A DNA stretch of 64,000 nt, taken from the NCBI GenBank assembly GCA_002104905.1, contig MCFE01000172.1, positions 79,667-143,666 on the forward strand, written 5' to 3'. The position numbers were made by a program, and so were the translations under genes. The DNA is from Basidiobolus meristosporus CBS 931.73. Its lineage: Eukaryota; Fungi; Basidiobolomycota. Position 1 is the stretch's first letter; each line of letters opens with the position of its first letter. Of the stretch, positions 11,559 to 24,998 are shown one piece after another. The notes beneath the pieces are model-generated. The model was given only the letters and a program-made list of their open reading frames with translations, made no database searches and was not told the DNA's origin.

Positions 11559-12793
11559 ATGGTCGAGTTTGGTAGTTTCGAAAATATCTGCCGCACGATA
11601 TCTCTCACCGTATGTCCTTTGGTTGGGCCAGTGGATCGCCGGACAATCCCCTCGTGCTACTCGCGAAACATAGATATAGTCGGTTTTATCCTGTTCCAGC
11701 CAGGTAGCTCACCAACCATTTTCTGCTAGCCGAATTCCATTCTAACCGCAATATAGGGACGTTCACAGTGTACATGATTGCATTGATTATGACGGCAATC
11801 ATGATCTACAATATTAGAATGAAGTACACGGCAGTTGGTAAGTCATCCTCTTACACATGGATGCAGATCTGGATACTAACAAATCATGGCACCGGGATGT
11901 AGGGAGAAAGGAAATGGTTCAATTTTTCTACCTCTATGCCGCAACAGTGATCATGGAAATGTTGCTGATTACTGGGATCATACCTATTGGAAGTAGAGTA
12001 TATCCGGTATTTCAACTTCACCCGAGTGTTCAACCCCAACGCCAATACTTACCAGGCTCTCCGTCACTTAGTGGTTCACCGCTGTACACATGGCCTTAAT
12101 ATCTACCGCTATTTGGTGTCTACTTTTGAATGGTTTCGTAGGCTTCCAGTTTGCCGAAGACGGGACCGCTCTATCTCTCTGGGTAAATATCTGCTTAATC
12201 CGTGTGAAATGTAGGGCAAATCTCTAACCGTATCAAAGTCAATACGGATCTCCTCTCTTATCATATGGGGAGGCGTGTTTGCCGTTTCCGTACTTACCTT
12301 CAAGCAGTATCTTAACGCCACTGTTCCGCTCACCCTATGGGTCATCTATACGGTGTTGAATGGCGCGGCAATAGCCATATATTTTATTTTGCAGGTGATT
12401 TTAGTGGTGAGAACTCTCGATGATTGGTGGCCTTTAGGTATGCGTTTTTCAGATGTGTAGATATATATGTATATATATGGTTTTTATTCATTAATTCCAT
12501 CAATGACAGGCGATATTCTGATAGCTGGATTATCATTTGTTGCTGGTCAAGTAGCATTGTTGGGATTTTCACACGAGATCTGCGAGACAACTACTCACTA
12601 TTTGGACGGCCTCTTTTTCGCTGCCGGAGCCACTCTATTCTCTGTTATGATGATCTACAAATACTGGGATTCTATCACCAAAGATGATTTGGAGTATCTT
12701 ATTGACTGCAAATCAGATCAATGGGAAGTTTTAAACGGGGTGGTAGAAGAGGATCTTGCTTCTAAAAAAGCCCGACAACTAGAAATAGAATGA
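11559..12793 (+). CDS. chs7: Chitin synthase export chaperone Chs7-like, paralogue 1 (spliced)
   Basis: [77 protein letters not shown], the characteristic Chs7 motifs. Confidence 0.92.
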
Positions 12794-13135
12794 TCCCAAC
12801 CTAGGGAGAATAATAAAAGGATGGTTTTTATCTAGCTAGTGCACCATTGGGACAATGCAGTAGATCTCTCCGCCCACTATGCTACCTATGGGTAGAAACG
12901 TAAGATAATCAAGTGTCGAACCCAGATCGTCAGGATTCGAGGGATCTTTGCAAGTAAGCAGTCATAGATGAAATCAAATATATCTTCTTTATCCATTTAA
13001 TTATGAGAAAACGGTACTGTTGTATGCAGGGTGGAGTAATGCTCCAAAGATCACCACCTACTTAGGGGACTTTGGCTGTAAGCGTACCGACTCGATCACC
13101 TACATATAATATATGTATATATGATTAGAGATGCT

Positions 13136-14285
13136 CTAGAGTAGAGGCAGAGCTTTTCCGTAATATACCAGCCCCTTCTTCCAGATTTGCTCGTTAGAAA
13201 ACACAGTTAATCGGCACGTCTTCCAGCTTCTGTTAATCAAAAGCGATTGTGGGTGCACAAGGTAAAACCAATTATCATTCCTATGCTGTTCCAGAGCTAC
13301 TTGGTGTAGATGGTGCTCATTTTCGCTACCCTGCACTCCCTAGAGAGACGGAGTGTTACATATCCAAATTCAGAGTGAATAGAAGGGGATCAGCTATACC
13401 TCGATTTGGCAACGAAATGTAATATATGTTAGGTAGAACGAGTCCTTGGCAAACTTCAACTTCCATACAATATTGTACTCTCCCTTAGGAATGCCGTTAA
13501 TGGTGCCACTAAGCTGCGGTGGTATAAAGGCTGTTAGGAAAGCACGAGTGCTTGATTTGATGTGAAAGCAAACAACCTCGAATTTGTATGCCTCCTTGAG
13601 AACCAGGCATGTTCTTCGGGAATATAGGATTAGAGGTGCAAGCGTCGTCAAATAGCAAAAAGACTTTACTTGTTGTTGTGAATTTCACACTCGGATTTCA
13701 CCATGGATTCTCCTTCATATTTCAGGTCAGAAGCGCCCATGATTGTCAGTTGACCTGACAGTACGGAGCAGATGTGGGTTTGAGTGATTCCGAAAAGCAA
13801 AGGACTGAATCGACTTTACTTTTTTCTTTATATACATGTCTTGGGTAACTGCTGGCGTATTTATGGCCAAATCGCTGCCTAGATTCGTCCGATCAATACT
13901 CGCACAACATTAAGCAGCCGTGGTTAGTGCGTACCGTACTAGATAGTTCCATAAAGAATCATCGGACAAGAGTGTTGCAAAGGATTTGCTAGTCTACAAG
14001 ATTAGAGGTTAGGTATATGAACTTTTTGATATCCTGCAGATCCATCCTCGATGGTTCGGGATGCTACAGATACTAGAGAGAATATTGTCAGACAGATACC
14101 ATAGCAAGTTGTTGGAGATTGTCATAATCAAGGTGGAGCAGGATGTTCAAAATTGAATCACAGGGCAAAGATAGGAGTAAGCTTGGGTGAGCTGGGTCGA
14201 GGTGAAATCGATAGGTCAGCTAGCGGGAATACATATCCTGATATGATGCAAAGAAACCAAACTCACCGACGGAATTGCTGGGCAT
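13136..14285 (-). CDS. F-box protein with C-terminal PP2/Nictaba-like domain (multi-exon, boundaries approximate)
   Basis: Spliced N-terminus MPSNSVAHPSLLLSLPCDSILNILLHLDYDNLQQLAM-TSKSFATLLSDDSLWNYLV is F-box-like. Downstream exons LSGTINGIPKGEYNIVWKLKF and DNWFYL..IWKKGLV resemble PP2-domain motifs. Confidence 0.6.
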
Positions 14286-15232
14286 TGTGGGTGGGTTGGC
14301 TGTTCTACAGTATGAACACGACGAATTTATAGTTTGGTAACCGCAGAGAAGTCAAGATCACCATCGAATATGGCTCATCATTAGAGGTAGCAATTATGCC
14401 AGAATATGTTGGATCAAGATGCTGACATCTTTCAGAGGCCTAATCACCGTTGGTGATGTCCATATAACCGTTACCCAACCTATTAACGACCGCAACCTTC
14501 AGTAATGTTTTAGACAGAACAGCCACTTGATTGGTCGGCACAGCACAAGTGTACGATTCTCGTCATTATTATTGAATGAATACATCACAATTGCTCGAAC
14601 TTAGTTAGGGCGGGGTGAGATGGTCAAGCACATACACCGAGGCTAGTTGGTATGAATCAAGTTTGGTCAACCTCTTGCTAAATACTCGCAACCCCTCCTC
14701 ACATATACCTATCTGTCCCGTGACTAGATTCCAGATGGTGCATGCACTTTCTATCCCGCCTTCTGGTGTACAAGCCAATTTACATAACTGGCACCAGATT
14801 TAATAAATTTGTTAGTCCATGACCGAGTCTTCCAGTAGGAAGGAACGCAGCTACCACAGCTACTTATATTATACCAATACAGATCACGAATAATATCGAT
14901 TCCTGCTGCTTCCTACCATACCAAATGGGGATATGCGCCACTAACGAGAGCCAAAACCAGGCTTCGCGTTCTCTGTGAACAAGATAAGATCTGTGGAGAC
15001 TGAGATGACCGCGAATGAATAAAAAGCACTCTATTTATAACGCTTAAAAACCATCCACTGATTGGAGTGCGGTAAGAAGAATCAACCTCGATATAAGAGC
15101 ATGGAATCAAAGACTAAGGGCTTACTAAATGCTAAGAAATGTACAAAGTCTGATGTTACGATTGAAGTTAACTACAAGATGATCCAGCAAAATGACAAAT
15201 CGATGATGATGCTGTTTCAGATCAGGGGGTCT

Positions 15233-16370
15233 CTAGCATCCTACAGTATCGTAACTACCCAGGTCATATTTTGTGTCCCACTGAGGGGCCTTTCCACCCA
15301 CCGAGAACTCAAGATCCTCCTTAGTGATTGAATCCCAATATTTGTAGACCATCATCACCGACACAAGGGTACACAAGACACCAAAGAACATCCCGTCGAT
15401 ATAATGGGCCGCATGTGCACATATATCTTCAGAGAAGAAATACAGTATAGCCTGGCCAATCACGAAAAACAGCATGGCAAAGAGTATATCACCCAGAGGC
15501 CAGCGATCGTCAAGAGTCTTGAGCACAAGAATAAGCTGAAGGACAAAATAGATGAAGACTCCGGCACCATTGAATACGAAGTAGAAGATCCATAGCACCA
15601 ACGGGTTGGTAGGACTAAGGAAGCCAACCAAGTTTTTGAAAGTGCCAATCGCAATGAAGTAGGTTAAGGCAAAAACTGCCAACGAGGACAACCGAATCCC
15701 CTGGAGAACGATGATTAGGAATGATGGTCAAACTTTAAGACATAATCATTGCCTACCCATAGCGAAAGTGGTGTGCCATCCTCGAAGATCTGAAAACTGA
15801 CCAGGCCATTAAACAGCAGACACCAGACTGAAGCACTCAGTAGACCAACATGGGCCGCCACAAACCACTAATGGAGTAGAAGGATTAGTGATGTTTGAAC
15901 AAGAGTAGACAGATGGGTAAACCTACAGGCTGCAGGGCGGATGAGGAAGGGATGATACCAGATACTACCACCGCCTCAATGATTGTAGTGAGTACATATA
16001 GAATGAAAAACGTGACCATCTCCTTGCGACCTGTTGAAAAATAGGGGATTAACAAGTATCTAACCGCGAGCACTCCATGTCATCTTACCAACAGCTGTAT
16101 ATTTAGTCTTGATGTGGTAAATCATAATAATGCTCATCATCAGCACGATGATATACACAATCAATACAGCTAGTGTAGAGTGTTTATGAGCGATGGCAGT
16201 ATCAAGCTACCCGGAGTATCAGACATACCAGATTCGAAGAAAAGTTTCCCAGCAAACTCAAAGTTACGTGCGTAGCAACGTGGCTCTATCCCCATCCCGT
16301 CAGCACCCAACAAGGAACACACAGTTAGTGGCACCTCACGACAAGCATCGTCGAAACTTCCGAACTTCAT
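15233..16370 (-). CDS. chs7: Chitin synthase export chaperone Chs7-like, paralogue 2 (spliced)
   Basis: [82 protein letters not shown]. Confidence 0.93.
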
Positions 16371-17680
16371 ATTCAGACTGAAGTGTAGGGTAAAAGAATT
16401 ATGTGAGAGATCCAACTGAGGCGAAGTATCGTTAGAAAAGAATCAATGGAGAGGAGGGCAGTCACTAGTTCTCTATGTGCAGGGTGTCTGGAGATCTTTA
16501 TATACTAAGCCGATGGCTTGGCCACCTCAAGGCCATTTCCAATTCCAGATAGAAGGCGGGTTTTTGTAACATAAACTAACAATTCGCCCAATGGTAATAG
16601 CTCTCCTCGTAAATCAAAAACACCAACTCCCTCCACAATCACGGTATTTTTAACATTGGCGAGGCCTTCTATCTGAATATCCATGCATATCTAAGAATAC
16701 TTGATTCATAGCCCGCCCTTTGTTCCCCGAATATTATGGATTGAAACGCTCGAGTGGGGACATTCCCAGTATAGAAGGTAAACGAATCGCTGATCAACCT
16801 GAATCAAGGAATCCTATGCTCCGCTTTTAATGAAGAATGTCGGTGACGCGTGCTGTCTGAATCATAGCACACCACCGCTTTGCTACAACCATCGTCCACC
16901 ACCCATGCCCATCAGTGCAGGCTACTTCGAGAGCACACCTAGTAGTACGACTAGAGCTTCAAAGCTGCCTGTCCTGGAGATTGTTGGGTAAACGTGGACT
17001 GACTGAATAGCAAGTAGTTTATCGGATTTGAAATGGGCTTGGAAATGCCTTAGAGGTATTAAGTTGTAAACACCCTACGAGTGTGATTGGGCCGCTATAA
17101 ATAGTTGGGCAAATTATTGGGGTGTCTGGAAAATGGGCTAGAGGAGGGTCAACTGTGCATTGGCAGCTACTGATCCAGAGTTCTCGATAGAGAGAAGAAA
17201 CCAAACCAATATCAACTGAAAGAAATACTGTTGGACCCAGATGGATCTTATCTCAGCTATAAGATACCGGAATGAGTCTCCGCCTCAGTCAACAGCACGG
17301 TGCGAAATGGAATAGCTGGCTTCTCGAAAGTGCGTGCGTAAAGAAATGATGCCAATGTTGGATCATTAGTTAAGCTGGTTCAGCATGGTCAAGAATGAAA
17401 GTTGTGAAATCCCAACTTTGCATACAATTTAATCAACAAACGTGACCGTGTATTTATGTCGGCTCATGTGAACAGCTGTGAAACCTCATTAGCAAATACC
17501 TACTGATGATCTAGGATCCTCCGATAAATCTCTAGCAGTTGGTGTATCCTATCGGGGCTAATGGGAAAGGGAAACCCACCTCGAACGAGATCAAATTTAC
17601 CAAATTGATCCATGGAGGTCTCACGATATTGCTTATTTAATTGCTAATCGGGTATGAGCACACTCATTTTCACTTGTAAT

Positions 17681-18427
17681 ATGTCTGCTACGCCTACACG
17701 CAACATCGCCAAAATCTGCCCAAGCTCCACTGCATTCTTTGTATGCGATATCCAGGAGCGCTTCCGTAGCTTTATTCACGCTTATCCCAACGTGATCTCT
17801 ACTGCCCAGAAGATGGTGATATTCCTTCTGCATCCATATGCTTATGCACTTTTTACTCATTCATTCCTTGCCAGATTACTGCCGCAAATCACCTCGATAT
17901 CCCGATCATCGTAACTGAGCAGAACCCAAAAGCCCTGGGAAAAACTGTACAAGAGCTAGACATCTCCAAAGCCAAATGTAACCTAGGAAAGTCTAAGTTC
18001 TCCATGTTTCTCCCTGAAGTTGAGACTCTCCTTAAGAATGACTTGAAGACCAAATCTGTCGTCTTGTTTGGCATCGAGGTAGGCCTGCAAGTGTCTCATT
18101 GACGAACCCCCTCCGCTGGAGTCTAACCAAATGCACCTCAATATCTAGTCTCATATTTGCGTTCTTCAAACATGCCTGGATCTCCTTGAGCAAAATTACG
18201 AGGTGTACGTCTTGGCTGATGGCGTTTCCTCTATGAATTACCCCGAGATCGATATTGCCCTTGCTCGTATGCAGCAAGCTGGGGCCACCATTACTACCTC
18301 TGAATCTATTCTGTTTCAGTTGGTAGGAGATGCCAAGCATCAAAAATTCAAGGGTATCTCTGGCTTAACGAAGGAGTATCAAAAAGCTACAAAAGACAAC
18401 AAATTGTTATTCAAGTCCCGCATCTGA
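17681..18427 (+). CDS. Isochorismatase-domain protein (ISOC1/2-like, spliced)
   Basis: [61 protein letters not shown]; C-terminus SRI is PTS1-like. Confidence 0.88.
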
Positions 18428-18797
18428 GTCAGAAAACAAGCTACATCCATACAATGAATCTAGTGCCCACAATAAAGTCCTAGATCGCAACATCTTTCTA
18501 CAGATGTGTATCATTGACGATTTATTTGCAATTCTTGGCTTGACAGACCACATGGTAAAATCCAGATTAATCAGCCATCTGCAACTGTGAGCTTATGGTG
18601 GGACCTCTTTCATCATCAATTAATCAAAGAATGACTTCAACTATTAATTTCTCTATTAATACGACTTATCAAACTAATCACTGGATAGGTATACCCTCCG
18701 GTGACCAGTGACGTCACATATAGGTCAGAGGCGAATGTCAATATAAACACGAAGTAAGTGCGATGGTAGTAGAATTCAGTTTGAACGCCAGAGTATA

Positions 18798-19637
18798 ATG
18801 GGTAATCGGGCTTTCGACGCATGCTATAACCCGGAGGAAATCAACGTTTTCGTTTCCTTCAACTTTGTAACCTTCATAAGCTATCTACTCGTGGTAGTGG
18901 TAGGCGGCACCCAAGTGTTCCTTTACCTATCCAAGAAATATCAGTGGGAGCGCCAGGACAAATCACCAGTAGGCTTCCTTCAGGACATTCAGGACGCCTT
19001 GATTTACAATGTTGTTTTGTTTCTCTTCGGGAACTACAGTCATACATTCTCAATTTGGACTGTGCTTGCTTTCTTTGCTGGATTGATCGGCTTTGCCTTG
19101 CTTGGCGAGCTACCATTCCTTAAAGTGAGCCTTGTAACCTGGCGCACCTGGTCTCGTGAAGCATGGATGGTCCACATCGGCGGAGTTGGTATTGTGTTTA
19201 TACTAGCAATATACCACTTTGTCCAGGCCTACTATGCGGGTATTTTGAGCCTGTACTTCACTGGCCTGCTTGTAGGCCTTGGGTTGATGGTAGCAGGGCC
19301 AGCCGTCAACTGGTATGAGGAGTATCGTCGACGAGAAATCGCCTACGTCACCCCCACCATTGATCCACCGACGCAGAGTGACAAACAGGAAGTGGCAAAG
19401 CCGACAAATGGCGTAAGCTTACGAGTCACCGAAAAGGAGATCGCCAGGGTCAAATCTTGGCCAAAATATCGGGTCCATCTCCATCACTGGCAGATATTTT
19501 ACCTGTTGGCGTTTTTCACCAGATTCCCTAGTGTGCTGGGCCAGATATGCTCTGGGCTTGTGCTGGGCATCTTTATGCATGGAGGCTCTGCATATGGGTT
19601 TGATCCGTTATTGGAACAAGAGGGGGTCTCTTACTGA
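18798..19637 (+). CDS. Hypothetical multi-pass membrane protein (279 aa, intronless)
   Basis: Clean ATG-to-stop ORF with about 6-7 hydrophobic segments and a C-terminal HLHHWQ..HG..YGFD motif. Confidence 0.7.
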   Translation: MGNRAFDACYNPEEINVFVSFNFVTFISYLLVVVVGGTQVFLYLSKKYQWERQDKSPVGFLQDIQDALIYNVVLFLFGNYSHTFSIWTVLAFFAGLIGFALLGELPFLKVSLVTWRTWSREAWMVHIGGVGIVFILAIYHFVQAYYAGILSLYFTGLLVGLGLMVAGPAVNWYEEYRRREIAYVTPTIDPPTQSDKQEVAKPTNGVSLRVTEKEIARVKSWPKYRVHLHHWQIFYLLAFFTRFPSVLGQICSGLVLGIFMHGGSAYGFDPLLEQEGVSY

Positions 19638-20382
19638 CCCACAGCAACCCCTGCTCTTTTATCAACAATTGCATGATTTTGTGAATATGTATCTTCTCAT
19701 TTCCTTCAAGCTCCCTTAGCTACACTTCTCAGAGCTCACCCTACAATGCAAGTACATACGATATCCAGATTTTACAGTAAAGTGAAGCCATTTTAGGCCG
19801 CATAGCAGCTGTTTTACCTTGATGTGTAGTCTAGTATTCCCGTGGCCAGCACGATTGCCCTGCGCCATAGCGTATTCAGTTTAGTCATCACAATAAGCGA
19901 CCTTCCTAATTGAAACATCCAGCGCTGCATCTACTCGAATTGTTTTGATTGAATAAGGAGTAATGGTATGGTAGCAGTTCCTTCTCATCACCCTCGCATG
20001 ACTCGCCACTGTATAATACCATGATTATTGAAGAAATTTCGCGTGAGAAAATGGAGTTCTGTCAATAATTCATGAGATTCTTGAACACAAACGTAAAACT
20101 GTTTCTAATCACATGTGATTATCATCTACTAGCCTCGTTGTCACGCATAAACATGTGCTTTCTCCTATTATTTATAAAACTATTCATCAACCTTCGAATG
20201 TCAGGTGATGTTGACAAATGAGCCGTTCAGAGCTCATGAGCAATCACCTCAATGATTGGCATGCGGCTAGTCACACAGATCATTTGGGAGTGACTACTGC
20301 TCCAACTATTTTGAAGGATCAGTGACTGGAATATGGCTTATTTAATGTGGATTCAACTCTAAGCATCCTGTATCTTCCAACA

Positions 20383-22710
20383 ATGAGCAACCCATCATCA
20401 TCAGCCTTTTCTCAGCATACCTCCAAGTTCCCTAAAGCTTCTTTTGATCTAGAGGAACTGAATACCATCCTGGAACCTGACAATCGCAACAACCGTAAGG
20501 CGTTGAAGAAGTTCATGATTGACAACCTAAAGCTCTATACCCCTCAATATGATATATCACTTGAACAAGAGCGTGAGTTGGCTTTTCAACGCCTAAAGCG
20601 TATTGGAGAGAAGGGTTTCATATCCGTATTCGACTTTGAGAGGAACCCTCTGAATGTGTTTGCTGGTATATATAGTCCCTGAATCAGTAGGCAGGTTCCT
20701 CACTAATCGCTCTATGTATTGAATAGTACACGAAGTTGTTGGCTTAATAGACGGAGGAACCGCCACCAAGCTCACCGTCAACTATAACTTGGTAAGCAGC
20801 CGCATGACATTGTCGCACGAATGTGGCTAACCGGATTTCGTGACCGACCTTTGGTTTTAGTTTGGAGGTACCCTTCTTAAACTCGGAACTGAGAGACACC
20901 GCTATTTGATCCCCAAAATCGACACTTTGGATTCCACCGGTTGCTTTGGCCTTACTGAGCTTGGCTATGGCAACAACGCCATCGAGATGGAAACCACCGC
21001 CACGTATGACAATAGCACTCAAGAGTTTGTCATTCACAGTCCTTCCACCAAGAGTCAGAAATTCTGGATTACCAATGGGGCAGTGCATGCCAAGTATTGC
21101 ATTGTATTTGCCCAGCTTACTGTGAACAACAAGGCGGAAGGTAAGACAGGGTGCTGCATTTTACTATTGGATGCACAGGCTGATCCAGTAGATTTTAGGC
21201 ATCCACTCGTTCCTGGTTCGTATTCGAAACGATGACTCAAGCGTGTGCCCAGGCGTCACCATCCGTGATATGGGGCGCAAACAGGAGTTGGATGGAGTAG
21301 ACAACGCGTTGCTCTCTTTTGATCATGTCAGGTAAGGGATTGACTAGTGCGCTACAAAGGCATTTCTGCCCACTGACTAGTTTGGCGACAGGATCCCTCG
21401 AGAGAATCTATTGAACAGACATTCGGACGTGTCAGCAGATGGCGTATTTACTTCGAAAATTGAAGGCCGCAGAAAGTGAGTACTCGATTTACATGAACCA
21501 CAGCAATTGAGCCATCCCTTACCCTTACCCTCACAGTCGTTTCATCAAGGTTGCCGACCAACTTCTCAGCGGCCGTCTCTGTATCGCTGCCATGAATCTG
21601 TCCAGTGCGAAGGTTGCCTTGAATATTGCTTTCCGATATGCCGCCACCAGACTCACCGTTGGCCCTTCGGGTAAATCGGATACCCCCATCTTGGCTTACC
21701 AACTCCAACAACGAGCACTAGTGCCACTACTCGCTAGAGCCATCGGCTTGAATATCGGTTTGACCTATGTCAAGAACATGTGGATGAATCCTGATACTTC
21801 TCACGCGGAGGTGGTTCGTCTATGCTGTGTTATCAAGCCATTGATCACTTGGCACAGTGAGCGTGTCGGTAGCGTGTGTCGTGAGAGATGTGGTGGCCAA
21901 GGTTACCTGAAGGCTTCCAGATTCTCGTCAACTATTGGCTTCGCTCATGCGGTAGGAACTCTCCAATCCAGTTCAAGTGACTTTTCAAACTAACGCTTCC
22001 TTGTAGGGCATCACTGCCGAGGGAGATAACTCGGTGTTGATGCAGAAGGTGGCCAAAGAGTTACTTGATGCGGTCCGAACCAAGAGTGCCAACCTATCGG
22101 CCATCGTGAACCGTAACAAACCCAGTACCTGGAAGCTAGACTCGCTTAGTGATTTGACCGACTTCATCCGACTCCGGTCGGACCTGTTGATCAAGGAGTT
22201 GAGCCAGAAGATGGCGACTAAGGTAGGAAAGGGCAAGACCATCTTCGAGGTGTGGATGCTCCAAGAATCTGACCTGATCCAAGCAACCTCGCGTGCATAT
22301 GGTGAACGGGTCTGCATGGACCAATTCATGCAGACGATCGATAAATCCAAGGGATCTCTCAGGTTTGTAACCCACCCCCCGTTTTCAATCTCACCCTTAC
22401 ATTTTTGCTCATTCCTACTTGTTGATACAGAAACATCCTGACCGACATCGCCTTCGTCTTCGCATTGGACATGATCGAGAGTAACCTTGGTTGGTACATC
22501 ATCAATCAAGTGTTCAGCCCATCCCTTGGTGAACGTGTTATCGAGCTCAACAAGGAGAAGATCGCCAAGCTGGCGCCACAAGCATTGAATGTGGTGAGCG
22601 CCTTCGATATCCCCCAGGAATTAGTGTTCGCGCCCATCGCCCTGGACTGGGAACGATTCAACGAATACGATAACAAAGGGGAAGTGACCCAATTCCAGTC
22701 CAAGTTGTAG
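20383..22710 (+). CDS. Peroxisomal acyl-CoA oxidase (spliced)
   Basis: [71 protein letters not shown]; ends in PTS1 SKL. Confidence 0.92.
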
Positions 22711-22835
22711 GGACCGGAAGGTGAGGAAGATGATGAATGCACAAACAACCTGAGTGTTTAATAAGCTTGCTCTCCGGAGTCACATGTATTTAATATGACG
22801 CAAACGAAATAAACTCAGTACAAATAGATTGGAGG

Positions 22836-23261
22836 TTAGGGGACGCTCAGTCCCATCAGTCTATCATAGACCCGGTCGTACTTAGCGTCGAATTTTGTCT
22901 TCATCCTAACATAGTACCGCTTGTCCGAGGCCACCACTCGGTAGAAGGAACCACCCTGGTCACCGGCCAGCAGGGTGGTCTGTGCATTTACCCAGATCTT
23001 CTCCCTGCTACGAACTGTTACGTAGATGGAGCGCATTTTCTGGAAGGTCGCGATGAGTTGGGTGGTTCCCCGGATCTGACCTGTATTGAGCACTTGCTGG
23101 ATGGCGTTTAGGTCGGAGGTCTTGTTAGCGACCGCGCTCTTCAACATCTCGAACTGCTCGTGGTAGGTGGTGATAGCATTGTCCTGAGACCTGACAAGGA
23201 CCAACCCAATCACCAACAACAACACTGCGAGGAAAAGGTTCTTACAACGGCAGATGTACAT
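22836..23261 (-). CDS. Small secreted hypothetical protein (141 aa)
   Basis: Single-exon ORF with signal-peptide-like N-terminus (NLFLAVLLLVIGLVLVRSQ); no family recognised. Confidence 0.7.
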   Translation of the reverse strand: MYICRCKNLFLAVLLLVIGLVLVRSQDNAITTYHEQFEMLKSAVANKTSDLNAIQQVLNTGQIRGTTQLIATFQKMRSIYVTVRSREKIWVNAQTTLLAGDQGGSFYRVVASDKRYYVRMKTKFDAKYDRVYDRLMGLSVP

Positions 23262-24998
23262 TTATAAATGGACCCCACTTCGGAGGGCTTCCCTTTAAAT
23301 AGGATCTTCCCTTGAGGTTGTCAATCCGCGGACCAACCAGATCCTAGAGCTCCATTCAGAGCAATTGGTATATATATCTCCCTATGCCAATGGGCGAGTG
23401 GAGACGTCACCTATATCTGGGAATACGCCAGCTTTACTCCGTCCCAGGAGCGGGTCGGCATTGCCTCGCACATCAATCCCTCCTAGGGCTTCACTATCTG
23501 GCGCAGGGGAGGGGGAGGTGAGCAGGACTTAGATTTGAGAAAAGTGGGTGCCAACTGAGGTCTGGCTGTTCCACACGAGAAACGGCCTGTATGTGAATTG
23601 GGCCAAGCTTGCTTGGGCACCAATGAGATTCATGTCCTAGTGCGACCCCAATGTCCTGACCGGTTGAATGTAGATCCCTGGGTAAGCTTTACCGGATGAA
23701 AGTTGCAATAATCACGGTTGTCGAAGGGATCGTCCATTCGCCATCGATTTCGCTTGTGGAAGGTTTTCGGCGTAGGGCTATTGGCTTCCAAGTCCAAGAT
23801 GCTGTTCCCAGAAAGGAAGGTTGACCCGGATTCGAGCCAAGTCATCTTCACATGGTAGGCCTCTTGGGAGAACCCGACGTGACGCCAGTTTCAGTAAAGT
23901 GAACTTGACAACTTCTGCTAATGATACTCCCACTCCCTCAAGTAGTCAGGTCTAGTACCCCCTTTGGGGGCTTCATGCTGGACAGGGGACAAGTACGAAC
24001 TTTATCATACCAGAGGCTAGTTAGCTCTATCATGCTAATGCTACAGAGTCGTTGCAGCTCTAGCCTCCGGATTAGAGGTGGGGCTGGCTATCTGCTCCTC
24101 ATTCCCTAACCAATTGAGTGACTTTTGTCTGCGTTTGGTCATTGGCAGTAATTACGATGATGGCTACATCCCAATGAAGAGCGAGTGTGCAAAGCTAGCA
24201 TGCGCGTTCCAAGGTATCTCGTATCTGCAACAATTAGCCGTGTTGGCCTCCCAATCCGAGGCTAAAGTGGTAGATTGATCCATGAAGGTGTTGCCTGATT
24301 TGGTAGATCTTCAGGTTACCACCACGCTGCCACTAATTACTTCTATCTCAACTCCTATTATCTAAAAGTGAAAATACACATTTTACTGCCATCGCCAAGT
24401 CACCTCTAGCACCTTATATTTTGGCATAAATGGGGAATTCGTGTTTCAATGCTCGAAAGCAGAGCTCAATGGACCTGAAAAGCCTAGAATGGGCTAGGGG
24501 GCGCTTACCTGAAGACGTCCTCGACAAAAAGTTATTTCTCAAAAGAATGTAGGGTAAAAATGCCGAAAAACTGAACTGTGGACTCACCGATAATTAACGA
24601 GTGGGCCTAAACATCAATACATTAAGGAAATATAGTATTATGGCACTTGGGGATCTCAGGGCTCTCAGTTGGTATACCTTAGTAAAAAGTGAAGTTAAGA
24701 GATGTAAATTCGGGGTACTTTGTTTACAACAAAAGTGCCCTTAGGGTAACCCTACCATTGGCAACTAGTTAACCCAATGAAGTTTAATGATACCGCCAAT
24801 GTGAATTATGCAGTACTAAACATAGTCACATACTTCAAACAAACCGAGACGTCCTTAACCATCTACATCACACCATCCATATATAAGGTACTGTCCACTA
24901 CTCCACATGATTCCCAGTTTTAAAAGATGCATAACAGTATTGCGCCCTTGTGCTACCTGATTTTACACTTGACCACGCTCTGCCATGATGTAGAGTCG

